43,424 bases of DNA from assembly GCA_049999805.1 (NCBI GenBank), contig JBNGIO010006327.1, positions 91,673 to 135,096 on the forward strand, given 5' to 3'. This document shows, piece by piece, positions 21,801 through 33,755 of the stretch. Position numbers and translations under genes: made by a program. Position 1 is the first letter of the stretch. The number at the start of each line of letters is the position of its first letter. The DNA is from Folioceros fuciformis. Its lineage: Eukaryota. The notes under the pieces are model-generated. The model made no database searches, was not told the origin of the DNA, and saw only the letters and a list, made by a program, of their open reading frames with translations.

Positions 21801-23330
21801 TGGAGCCCAAGGTGCCTCCATCATTGGTCAGGGAAGTTGCTTGGGTGCCACCGGCACCCAAGGACCCCCCTCGTCCGTCATCTCCTGCAGTCGTGGCAGC
21901 TGTCTCACGGACTCCGAGTTTTGGCTCCCTTCCAGCCTCTGTTGGTGGTGCACCGTCTACTACTTCAGCATCTACAGCGATTGCTGCCGTCTCACTGACT
22001 CCGAGCTTGGGTTCCCTTCCAGCCTCTGTTGCTGGTGCATCGACAACTACTTCAGCATCTACAGCGACAGCTGCTGCTTCACTGACTCCAAGCTTCGGTT
22101 CCCTTCCAGCCTCTATTGCTGGTGCATCGTCAACTACTTCAACATCTACAGCTGTTGCTGCTGCTTCACTGACTCCAACCTTTGGCTCTCTTTCGCCATC
22201 TGTTACTAATCCAATGTCAACTTCTGTAGTATCTTCAGGATTTGCCCCGTCTTTTACATCTCGAACAGCCTCTAGCTCAACGCCTCCTGCATTGTTTGGA
22301 CAACCAGCTAGCACACAAGTTGCAGCTGCACCACAGTTTGGTTTTTCCAGTCCCAGTCCAGCTGCCAATCCCTCAATTTTGTCCTTTCCGAGTTTGCCTC
22401 AGGCTCTGGCTGCTGATAGTGATGGGGAGGTCATGGAAGAGGAAGTGTTGTCCACCCCATCAGCTGGATTTGGAGCGTTTGGTGGATTTGGTGGACTTGC
22501 TCTGGGAACCCCAGCACCACCAGCGGAAAAAGTGAATCCTTTTGGTGTTGAATCAAGCCCTGGATTTGGAATGAGTGTACCCAGTGGTGGAATGAGTGTC
22601 CCAGGTGGGCAACTATTCCGTCCTGCTTCGTTCAGTCTTCCTCCTGCTCAGTCTTCTCCTCAAAGCAGTGCAAGTCCTTTTGGAAGTGGATTCCAACCTG
22701 CTTCTGGTACTGCATTTGGGCAAGCGTCTTCAAGCGCTGGGAGTGGAGGTGGGGGCTTTGGCTCTGCTACTGCGTTTGGCCAACCAGCTCAAGTTGGCCA
22801 GGGGCAGCATGCTCTTGGGAGTGCCCTTGGGACCTTTGGACAAACTAGGCAATTGGGTTCTGGTTTTGGAGGATCTGGGTTTGGTTCTGTTGGGGCTCCT
22901 GGCTTTGCAGGTGCAGCTTCTGGTAGTGGCTTCGCATCAAGCCCTGGCGTAGGCTTTGCTGGTGCAGCTTCTGGAGGAGGATTTGCTGCGGCAGCATCTG
23001 GAGGAGGGTTTGCTGCTGCAGCTGCTGGCGGTGGCTTCTCTGGTGCTGCAGCAGGCAGTGGATTTGCCAGTGCGCTTTCAGGTTTAAATACCTTCAGATA
23101 CTGAGTAGAAGTACTAGATGCCATGCTTCAACAAATTGACGACCTTCTATAACATTCCCTAATTCTCCAGTGGGTTCTTGGTAGTCTGATACAGTGTTTC
23201 CTGTTTTACAGGGGGCGGTGGCTTCGGTGCTTCGGGGTCAGGAGGTTTCACTGGGTTTGGAGGTTTTGGAGGTTCTCCTGGGTTTGGTGCTGCTGCTCAG
23301 ACACCCCTTTTCACTCAAATGAGGAAATAG
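15866..23330 (+). CDS. NUP214: Nuclear pore complex protein NUP214 (N-terminal beta-propeller, coiled coil, Ser/Pro-rich region, FG repeats)
   Basis: N-terminal FFRRIG...PSHGLAVS...FFAHPG; NKRSVDDHIVLLGW; PVLLCMTLEGK; LYSTVNAQMTVAEQL; RRRRDSMD; GQLFRPASF; ALGSALGTFGQTRQLG; GGGFAAAA repeats; C-terminal LFTQMRK* at 23330. These are characteristic of plant NUP214. Many GT-AG introns. Confidence 0.93.
21905..22205 (+). repeat. 87-bp (29-aa) coding tandem repeat, ~3.5 copies, within NUP214
   Basis: Units start at 21905, 21992, 22079 and 22166 and encode S[RL]TP[ST][FL]GSLPASVxGAxxTTSxSTAxAAx. Confidence 0.92.
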
Positions 23331-23917
23331 GATCTATCGATGAGACCTTGGAGCTAAATGCTAGGGGTTCACGATTTACAGCTTTTCGGTTGTTTAGGTG
23401 AGGGCTAAATGTGATTATCGTTAAGGTCTAGAGCCTGAACACGGATCATCTCTTCAAGCGTGGACGCCCAGTAAATTGTGTTACAAAGATTCTTGTGCAT
23501 ACGCACAGTATAGTAATTTATGTTACAGATGAATGAATTACTGAAGACGTCCGCAGCCAGTTTCAAGGCTTTGGAGCAGCGTATCTATCATTCACGTACG
23601 GGACAACGGGGAGACTTACTACGGTAAACTGAACATTAGACTTCAAATAGAGCACGATATCTCAGACCAATTGACGCCAGCCATTATCAACAATCAAAGA
23701 ACAGGCAACTCCAGCAGACCCAATTTGGCATTCCCAAACGAACATATTTCCACCAAACATGAAAACAACCACCGGATGCCCATGCATGCTACAACTCTGC
23801 AGGATCTCAGCATTTGCCGATCTTGGTTATACGCACATACACTATTGATCAAGCAGGATTGCCCGCAGAGCGCAGCGGCTCGTCAAATGAAATGAAATGT
23901 CAATCCCGTGTGAAGAA

Positions 23918-26126
23918 CTAAATAGTGATGCGACTCGCTTCTTCCATCACCACCTTGTTGTACGCTCGTACCTGCAGGTAGATAGCAGTGCATTTAGACG
24001 ACGCACGCTTATCAAACGGCGCTCACGGAGGACGACAGTTAGAAAGAACAGCTTCGTATTGCCTTGTTTTGAAGTCTCGCGATCTCCGCTGCTCCTTCTG
24101 ACAGAACAGATTCCTTTTTGACGTGCGCTTGGGCAAGCTTCTGAGCCAACTGATGATTCTGGGACATGTTACAACAGCTATCGATCTCACCAAGGGGCAT
24201 GCTCGTGGGGCATCCCATACAGTCAAGAAACGTAGTATGACGAAGGAAACGAGGAACATAGTGGACTGGGACATACCTGAGCGTCAGATAGTTTTGACAT
24301 GTGATCAATCCTTGCTGATAGGTTCGCCAGCAGAGGGGTGTTTTGTGCTAAGCAGGTTTGCAATTCCCCCTGTGCTTCTGAAAGCTTCAGTGCTGCCTGC
24401 TGTCCAGACTTCTCCGCCTGCTCCATTAAATGCTGACCTGCGTCACAAGAGACCCAAAGGACCTCAGATAGCCTACCCTTTCAGCAGATCATAATAGGCC
24501 TATCGACGGTTACCTTCCAGCCTAGACTGTGCCAATCTTGTCTCGAGGCCCCGCCTTTCTTTCTCACATTCCTTCACCTTGGCTTTGAGCGCCTTCACTT
24601 CTTTAGATACCTGCTTTTGCTCTGTCGTCTGCAGGTCAAGCAATTGCGGTTAAACAAAATGCCACGGTGCTCGGTCAGCTCGTAATGGTGAACAATTGGC
24701 TACCTGTTTCTCGTACTCATTCAACATAGCCACACATTTCTTGACTTTCTCTTCCGCCTGCACAGCCGGAGTGCATGCGATTCATCATTACACACGAGAG
24801 GAAGCGCTCTTAAGAAGGAGATCTTGGTCGGTTTTTTTAAACCTTTCCATAAGCTTCTTGCTTCTTCTTCAATGATCGTACAGATAACCTCCTCTCCTCG
24901 ACGTACTTCTTGGCATTCTCCAGACTCTGTTGTTTTTCCTCCACCAGTTTCTGCAACAAGACGGCAACCATTAGGAAGAATTGCCACCCCAACTGTTGAG
25001 ATGGGCTTCACGACAAAACTAGCAAAAACACCTGCAGCTTTTCAGGAGACTGAACGATCTGTCCTTTCAGATCTGCATTCAATTGTTTGGCTTGAGAGAT
25101 TAAGAACTTCTCGTGAGATATCTGTGCAACGGGAGACATCAGTTTAACACCGAAGCCAGTACAATTGAAGGAAGTTAGATGAGGTTGTTGGCAGCGGTAG
25201 TAAAATGAGCTGGCAATACTTGGAAAGCTGTTTCAGTATGCGTACCTGATCTGAGATATTGGTATACTCCTCTTTCAGGCTGCGCTGTTCTGTACGCAAG
25301 GCAGCATGCTGCTTGTTGTATCCGACAATCTGTTGTTTCATCTGTTTGATTTCATCCTGAAGTGCTTGCACAGCAGGCTGCTCGGCTAGCCTGGCTGTTT
25401 GGAGTGCTTGCACCTGGGCCTTCACCTAGAGAACAGCACAAGCATTAGCCCAGAGGCACTCAACGAAACCCGGGAATCCAAAACCTCACTTGGTGGACTG
25501 GGTACCCGTGCTGCATTTATCTGAGCTTGTTCCCTCAGGTCTAGCAGCTTCTCCTTCCGATTTGTAAGCTCGGACAACTTGCGATCTCTTTCTTCTCTGG
25601 TGCCAGATAACACCTAGCCATGTTAGAATGAGCGTTCAATAGATGAACCAAGCCAAATGGAGGCGGCCAACAGAGACATACTTGAACTTGGCAAAGTTGA
25701 TGATGGCACTGAGGTTGTGGATAGTTCTGTCGGGGTCCGGCTTGATGATGTCATTCATAGAGAAATTGGGAACATTGCAAGTCTGCATCAGCTGTGCCAT
25801 ATTGCGGAAAGAAGCCAGGCAGCCCACTGAATCTTCGTGAAGCTCTGCAAATTCCAGATGCTCCAAGGCACTGAAAACAGGTTGCTGAAGCTCTTCCCTG
25901 CACCAAACCGTACACTGCAGCACCTCGTCATGCATGGCTCTCCATGTCCCAACACGAAACCGAGCACCACAACAGATTTCACCTCGAAATGCCCATGAGA
26001 TACTGCATCAGGTACTCGTACAGCGGCCACATGGCATCCCGGGTAGGCTTCAACAGATCCTGCTCTCCAATTGCATAGCCCCCTTCGACAAGGAACTCCA
26101 CAATATTCTTAGTCGACAAAGTGGGA
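23918..26126 (-). CDS. NUF2: Kinetochore protein NUF2 (NDC80 complex); start codon falls in the assembly gap
   Basis: PTLSTKNIVEFL...QDLLKP...LYEYLM; ELHEDSV...FSMNDIIKPDPDRTIHNLSAIINFAKF (CH domain); IVQSPEKLQ; coiled-coil exons; last exon VRAYNKVVMEEASRITI* ends at 23918. Confidence 0.92.
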
Positions 26127-26226
26127 NNNNNNNNNNNNNNNNNNNNNNNNNNNNNNNNNNNNNNNNNNNNNNNNNNNNNNNNNNNNNNNNNNNNNNNNNN
26201 NNNNNNNNNNNNNNNNNNNNNNNNNN
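26127..26226. other. Assembly gap (100 N) covering the NUF2 start
   Basis: Run of N. Confidence 0.99.
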
Positions 26227-26363
26227 CCAGCTCCAGCAGATCCCTCTACAACACAGCTTTGTGTCCGCAGAACCGATCAATACGTCGGAACTCTCAAACC
26301 GGCAAGGAAGACAGAAATGGCGGGAACTGGTTTTGCCAATTTCGCCGCCTACGATGTGAGATA

Positions 26364-26371
26364 AAACCCTA
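26364..26371 (+). promoter_or_regulatory. Telo-box (AAACCCTA) in the divergent NUF2/Lunapark promoter region
   Basis: Exact motif between two head-to-head genes. Confidence 0.45.
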
Positions 26372-27016
26372 GGTAGCACCCACACCAGAAAGAAATTCTC
26401 TTGAAGTTACCAAGGACGGTTTTTTGTTTTTCGAGAATGGTAGCTGAGGACGGATTTTCCCACCTAGGAGTTTTCAACGCTTTAAATTGCTGGTAGCCCA
26501 CCGTATGTACGTGGCACAATTGGGAAGCTTGCCATCCAGTCGGGTTCTATCAATCCCTCTTCACACTAACGCACTAAGCCCAGGGCGAGGGAGAGCTGTC
26601 ACGCCTTGATCCCCTTGTCTCGTCTCGTCGTATAACCGGACCCCGATTGGGACCGGTTAGAATTGGGCGTCTCAGGCTTTGGGATTCGGAGGCGGGAATA
26701 TCTGCGGGTCGTAGTTGCTGGTCCCGAGGACACGGACATTGCTGTTGAGGCGAGGCTAGTTGAGTGTAGCCAGGCAGGGCTTCGGGCTTCGGGGTGTCTG
26801 ATCAGGTGCCGGCCCGGAGCTTGCACGGTAGGCAGACCGACGACCGCACGTGCTGGCCGAATCTTGCCTGCAGTGAGCAGCTGATCTGATCCGGTCGCTT
26901 GTTCCAAGGTACTCCTTGGGGCTTTGCCGATTCATTTCGGGTCTCTATCGTATATGTAGCTCAAGGCACTGAAGATCGCATTCGGAATTCTCGCAGTTTA
27001 GAGGAGAGGAGGCGAC

Positions 27017-28655
27017 ATGGGGGACAAAGGGAGCTCTCAGGGGCCGACGCCATCTGAACAGAAATCGCCAGCTGCTCAGCCCCGGAGAAGAGTTTTGAGC
27101 CGATTCTTTGGTCTCTTTTCGAGGCGTAGCAACAGTGATTTTGAGAAGAAGTTACAGCATTTGTCTCAGGAGGAAAGGGCAGTTCACGAACGTCTCAAGA
27201 GGCGGGCCCGGACATGGGCAAAGTTGGCCAGGGGTCTTCTGGTCTATTCCATCGTCATTGAGGTGGGTATAGGTGATTCCGTTTCCGCAGGAGGAACGTC
27301 AATTTCTCTACAATGGCAAAGGCTAACATGAAATGGCAGATATTGCTTCTAGGTTTTGCAATATGGACAACACGGTCTCCGGACCTGCCGTGGAAACGTC
27401 GGGGAATGAGGGTGTTACCTAGTTTTGCACTACCGGTCCTTGTTTCCCTGGTTTATTCTGGGTTGGCAAGATATTACAGAATGCGTAAGTCTCACTTCCT
27501 CTGAAATTTTGGACAATCTATGATCCAGATACTGCCTGCATCTGGGTTTCATTTCTGAATCTGTTTTTGTCTCTGCAGGTGAGCGCAAGGATCAGAATAC
27601 GTTGGAGCGACTGAAAGCTGAGCGGCAAGCAAAGATTGATGAGTTGAAAGAAAAGACAAACTATTACGCTTTACAACAACTCATACAGGTGTGCTTATCG
27701 AATGACTTGTCAATTTCTGCTCTTTCCACACTGAAAATTGCTAGTCTGGCACTGGGGAAGCTATGTTTGCTTATCTCAACCGATCCCTTGCTTTGGTTGT
27801 CAGCAATATGATTCCGATCCAGCAGCCAAGGCAGCAGCAGCAACTATTTTAGCTGCCAAGATTGGGGTAGAATCCGGTTTGAAGCTTGCGTTTCAACCTC
27901 ATGAGGTAGAAGCTCAACGAAATGGGAACCAATCTCCCAGAGTAGGCAAGAGCCATGAGGCGGGAAGTGCAGATCCTTCTGGCTTGAGGAGGAGAAGGGG
28001 TCCGAGACTTGACCAAGCGGAGCCAGCCAGTCAATTGGCGCTGCCGGATAGGTATGCAGGAAGTTATCCACATGAAGCAAGCTATGATGAAGGCTCCTCG
28101 AATTCGTTTCTGGATGATGGAGAGATGCAGCTGAACAAAGAACGTGGAAGCGGAGGAGGTTGGATGGCTCGTTTTGCAGCAATGCTTGTCGGGGAAGATC
28201 CCAGTCAGTGCTACGCTCTGATTTGCAAGAACTGCTTTATGCACAATGGTAATGGACTTGACTATAAGGCAACCCAATGCCTGTGTCTTTCCTGTTACAT
28301 GCAATTTAATTGTACGGATTTATTCCCGATTCTTTATTCAGGCTCATGTTGGGGGCATGTTTGCTGTCTCTCAGGTCTTGCAAAGAAGGAAGATTTCCCG
28401 TACATTACTTACTACTGCCCTCACTGTCATGCCTTGAACGGACGTCGGCCAACAAAAGACGTTACTCCAGAAGCGGGTGGCATGGGGGACGGACCAAGTG
28501 TATCTCCACGCGAAACATCTCTTAGGCCTACCCAAAGCCTTCAGAGTGCAACTCCGACTTCACCAAGTGCACTATCCCGGGCATTGAAGGAAGCTGCCAG
28601 CACTTTGGATTCACAGGCTGGCAGTCTCGCTGAAGACGAAGATGACCAGGACTGA
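27017..28655 (+). CDS. LNP: Lunapark-family ER junction protein (two TM helices plus zinc finger)
   Basis: DFEKKLQHLSQEE; two hydrophobic segments; LERLKAERQAKIDELKEKTNYY..QQLIQ.YD.D; GGWMARFAAMLVGEDPSQCYALICKNCFMHNG|LAKKEDFPYITYYCPHCHALN. GT-AG introns are in phase. Confidence 0.95.
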
Positions 28656-28925
28656 GGTGTTGCTTGTCAACGCAAGGGCTGGTTGGTGCAAGCCACGAAT
28701 TCATACTGGTCCCTTCGCAGACATGCGACCTTCGTGTAGAGGGCCGAGAGTAGCTGAGTGTACAGTAGTAGCCTCGAGCTAGCTTAAGCAGGAGGCTTCA
28801 GCGTGAGACTGACACGGTCTGTCATCAATGGCACCAAGATGCATGTATTGCACGGTCTCCGTCGTTGACCTCAATTCGAATGTAGAAGCCATCAAAAGAG
28901 ACGGTGCAACTTGAAATGCTCCGGC

Positions 28926-28936
28926 TATAAACCCTA
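28926..28936 (+). promoter_or_regulatory. Overlapping TATA-like and telo-box motif upstream of the DEAH helicase
   Basis: TATAAACCCTA lies ~75 bp before the ATG at 29005. Confidence 0.4.
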
Positions 28937-29004
28937 CGTTCACCTAAAATTCATTGTTAGTAGATCATTTTGCAAGGGCTAAAGTAAGACTGTTGCTGCC
29001 GGTT

Positions 29005-32000
29005 ATGGCGTCCGATAAATCGCAAGCAAAGGAGGAGCCCCAGCTCCTTCCCATCTTGAGACATGAGACGCAGATTCTTGATGCTGTGGCAAGCAATGAT
29101 GCGGTTGTGGTGATAGGAGAGACGGGGTCAGGGAAAACCACCCAGCTGTCCCAAATTCTGCACAGAGCTGGTTACACCAAGTCAGGGATGGTTGGGATTA
29201 CCCAGCCTCGACGTGTTGCCGCTGTATCTGTGGCCCGGTACTGATCTCTTCTCCGCCAAAAACGCCATTCTCCGGCAATCATTTTGTTTCAGACTGACTG
29301 TTCCTGCTCATCTGCGTTTTGCTCTCTCAGTGATGGGACTCCTCTTGTTCCTGTGGAGCTCCAGGAGGGTGGCTTTTGAGATGGGGGTCCAGGTCGGGGA
29401 GGAGGTCGGATACTCCATCAGATTTGAAGATCGAACTTCAAGCAAGACTTGCATAAAGTTAGGACTCCGAGAGTAATTACCTGGTCTGGGAGTTCTGAGT
29501 GGGGCAATATGTTCTAACATCCGGCACTTGCACATGCATTCTCATAGGTATCTAACTGACGGCTGCCTACTTCGAGAATGTCTGGATGACTCGGAGTTCA
29601 GTGCTTATTCCGTCATTATATTGGATGAGGCACACGAGAGAAGCCTTAATACGTCAGTGTCTCTCACGCGTTTCTGCACCTTTTCCATGTTGATGCATTT
29701 CAGAAGAGAAGGCGAGGCAACGTATCTTGACTGCTGCCTGTCTTGACCGGTGCACGTCGACAGCGATATCCTGCTTGGGGTGCTGAAGCATCTTGTTGGC
29801 AAGAAAACTCCAGGATTTAAGGTGGTTGTAACATCCGCAACTCTAGACGGTGACAAGATCTCAAAGTTTTTCTTCAACTGCCCCGTCATTACGGTTCCTG
29901 GAAAGCTTTTTCCTGTAGAAATCCTGTACAGCACCGTCAGGCCAACAAATTACGTGGAGTCCGCAATCGAGGCAGCCATGGGTATCGGATTACTGCCGGA
30001 TCTTTGCTTCAATTGTCCGAGACTAGAGAAGGCTGCAAAGCTGGCATGTCTGTGTTCATCTCGTGGTTTCCTTTATCAACGTCTTGTTTGGATACAGACA
30101 TTCATGTTCATCAGCCTCCTGGCGACATTTTGATGTTCATGACGGGACAGGTGACTGGCACTTCATCCCTTTGTGATTATGCGGCTCCAGTGTCACACTT
30201 CTGCCTGTTGCTTTTTTCAATCCCCAGCTGTAGTCTCGGGCAAGTAGCCATCTGCAGTTGTTACCTAACAGAGCATGTACTAGCCATACGTTTGCCACTA
30301 AACACGAGGATCCTAATTCTGGATGTGAAGGAAGAAATCAAGAAAGCATTAAAGAACCTTGAGGAAAGAGTACGAAGGCTGGAAGAGGATTCCTGTTTGG
30401 ATCTGATGATTTTCCCATTGTATGCGTCTCTCCCTCCAGAAATGCAGGTCAGTAACGTCAGAGCTGAGTGGCAGAATCTTACATTCCCTGGCTGGGGAAC
30501 TACATTCTGGAGAACTGATTGATGTGTGATTGTTTCCAGGCCATCCGTGCAGGTTGGCATCCGATATGCTGCAGTTCCATCAGTTGATTTTGCTCACGTC
30601 ATGATATGTGGTGTGATGTATCATAGGCTCGGGTATTTGCTCCTCCTCAACAAGGTTGTCGAAGAATCATTGTGGCTACAAATATTGCAGAAACGTCGCT
30701 GACCGTGGATGGTGTTGTGTGAGCAGAGCTTCCCATTTCTGTAATTTTCGCATATTTGCTTGGTGGCAATTGTTTGCTTATCAGTTGCTAGCACTTGCTG
30801 TGGTCTGGTTATTTGTCTTGATCTTTTCACACGTATGCAGTCACGAGGTCACAGCAGCGCTGCTAAGTTCTGGCTGTCTTGCCTCTTCTGTGGCAGTTAC
30901 GTCATTGATCCAGGATATGTAAAACAGCGTCAATACAACCCTTCTACTGGCATGGACTCCTTAACAGTGCTCCCGATAAGCAGGTTGGTGGATGACGACT
31001 CAAGCAATGCACACCCAGTGAGTCTTGTGCTGCCCCTAACGTTCTGATTGCTCTCCCAGAGTTCAGGCTGCACAGCGGGCGGGAAGGGCTGGCCGAACTC
31101 GTCCTGGAAAGTGCTATAGGCTTTACCCAGAGTCCACCTACAACCTTGAAATGCTTCCAGTCACAGTACCTGAGATTCAGCGCTCGTCACTAGGTGGTGC
31201 AGTATTACATCTTAAGTCTCTGGAGCTCCCAAATCTTGACATTCTGAGATTCGATTTTCTTGACCAACCATCTGGTGCGAACCAAAACATTGCTTCGAAT
31301 GCTTGTGGTTGAAGTGCATACATTGCGTGAACTCTGAACTGCTGCCTTCCGTCGCAGTGGAGTCGTTGGAAAATGCTCTCCGTCAGTTATATGCAGTGGA
31401 TGCAATTGACGAAGATGGGAGAATCACTGGTGTGGGTAGGCGGATGGCTGGTAAGGTTGACTTGTTGCGAGCAGTATCAGATGTGTCCGTGTTCTTGCGA
31501 ACTTGCACGGCCGACACTGTTTTTGTGTTTTGCCTCAGAGCTCCCTTTGGAACCATCACTTGCAAGGGCACTAATTGAAGCAGAGTGCTTGGGATGCTTG
31601 GACCAGGCTATAACGGTTGCAGCAATGCTGTCATGTGACTCACTCTTCTTGGAGCATTCCAGGTTTGTTTCTCTAGGCACCAAGTTCTGAGCGTTTAGTG
31701 AAAGCCCTCAGTAGGTCACACGTTCACGTGGTTTTTTCCGGTGGCCAGGAAGGACGGCAGTCAGAAAAGAGACCGCGAATTTCTTCCTTTACCTGATGGA
31801 AAAGGATTGGGCGATCACGTGCAGTTGCTTCAGATTTTTGAATCCTGGGAGTCCACGGACTATGATTCGGAATGGTGCAGCACGCATGGTTTGCAGGTAC
31901 GTGCAGGCAAAGGGGAGGCTCCAACTACTGCAACTCCTGGCTCATGAATCTTATCTGACATCTTCTCCCTGCAGCTGAAGGCCATGAAATTTGCCTCGAA

Positions 32001-32818
32001 TGTTCGACAACAACTGGCAGGAATTATGCAGAAGGGTGATGGTATGTTAGTACTTACGGCGTATGACCTTAGTTTTCAAATCGCCAAGGCAATGCACCAT
32101 TCTGACCCACGTACTGCCGTTGATATCAGGTAGGAACACAAAAGACAGGTCTAGACAAAGAGCTGGAAGTAGTGTAAGAACGCTGCGGAAAGCCTTGTGT
32201 AAAGGATACGCCAATCAACTGGCCAGTCGAATGCCTCATCACAACGGCTATAGGACAATTGGGCACAAGTCGCAACTGGTCCAGGTTAGCTCCATTGTCG
32301 AGGCTACATCAAGACTGGCCACAGATCGGACGGACTACTCACTAAGATCGTCTATGGTTCGGGTATCCAGATCCACCCATCTACATCCTCTCTCAAGGTA
32401 GACGACGATGGACTCCTCCCAGAATGGCTTCTCTACCAAGAACTGGTGGCAACACCCCGCGCCTACATCCGGCATGTATGCGTTGTTGAAGGATCTTGGG
32501 TGAAGCCAGCCCTGACAAAGCTCGAGAGCACCGATGTCCAACGTCTCAGGTCTCTTCTCCGTACCCACAGCAAAATCAACTACTTTCACACTGTGTGGTT
32601 CTGAGTTAGGATTTCTCGTGTGTTCCAGTGGTCGACTGGGCGGCAGCGAGGATCTCCAAGGTTCACGCGCAGAGGGAGTGCTCACGGACAAGAAACCGGA
32701 GGCGGAGCAATCCACTAAAGCTGATACTTCCGTTTCGGCCGCCCGGGAGCGATACTTAGCACGGAAAATTTCCAGGCTGCGTAAAGAGCAGACATCGCAT
32801 TCCCATGGACGTAGGTGA
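29005..32818 (+). CDS. DEAH-box ATP-dependent RNA helicase (DEAH4/DHX40-like), multi-exon
   Basis: Motifs [46 protein letters not shown] and [10 protein letters not shown]2 and OB-fold segments; very short N-terminus; C-terminal [10 protein letters not shown]. Confidence 0.93.
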
Positions 32819-33755
32819 GGCTGTACATATCTACCATACACAAATCCGCTGGGCCAGGAGCATATTCGCTCTCTTGTCTGTCATGTTCGAGTTGACCTCT
32901 CGAATCAATAAGAATACCGTACAATTGCCTGTTCGCAAATAAGAGCGTGATGAGCATGTAAACCAATCAAAGGAGGAGTCGTTGCCATTGTACATTCAGA
33001 GAAAGTAGCAACCTCGAGCTCCAGTGTTGACTGGCCAGGCTATAGTTGGGCAAGGTGGTAGTCTAACTAGCATCAGCAACTGCCAGATGCTGACACGCAA
33101 TCGGACACCTGCGCCCTAGAGATCACCGTAGCAGGGTGTTGTTCTTCGTACACTGTGCTACGGATCTGTGTCAGAACATTCCTGTGCAGGCTACTTCGTT
33201 AGTGACAATACTCCGAGCAGGTCTGATGCATGCTAACAAGAGATACCTCACACTGTGCAAGGGCGTCTACAGCTCTTTGGCTTGTTACTCCATTTCGGGC
33301 AGATGCCAGCTCCACTGAACATGCAGTCTTTCGAAAGGAACAGTGAATCTTCCCCCTTTCAAGGATGGGTTTGATGAATTCGGTGTGCGAGCTGAAATCC
33401 CAGGTGGGTGTCTCCACCTCGAAGCTGAATGCCGTGATTTCGGTTCGTCGTAGTAGAATCTGGCTTCAATCTGAGCCTGTTGGCGGTGGCTCTGGATCAG
33501 CTGTCGAATCGGGTGCCCACCGGCTCGGCATGAACAGGCAGGACTGGCGCAGTGTGGACACCGTCAGCACGGACGGTCGTGGTGTATGTTCTTCGGAGTA
33601 GCATCTTGACATGATTTCACCTGTTGGGCCTAAGTCTGGAAACGTGGCGAGGTGTCTGGAGCAGCATTGTGGTTGCAGAAGCTAGTGGTGGGAGGAACAC
33701 CTGAGGTGGTGCGAACAAGAGGACATTTTTCTCCCGCTCTGACATATTGTGGGCA

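Noticed and set aside
21685-23124. Long minus-strand ORFs (227 aa, 111 aa)
   Set aside because: Antisense shadows of the low-complexity NUP214 exon.
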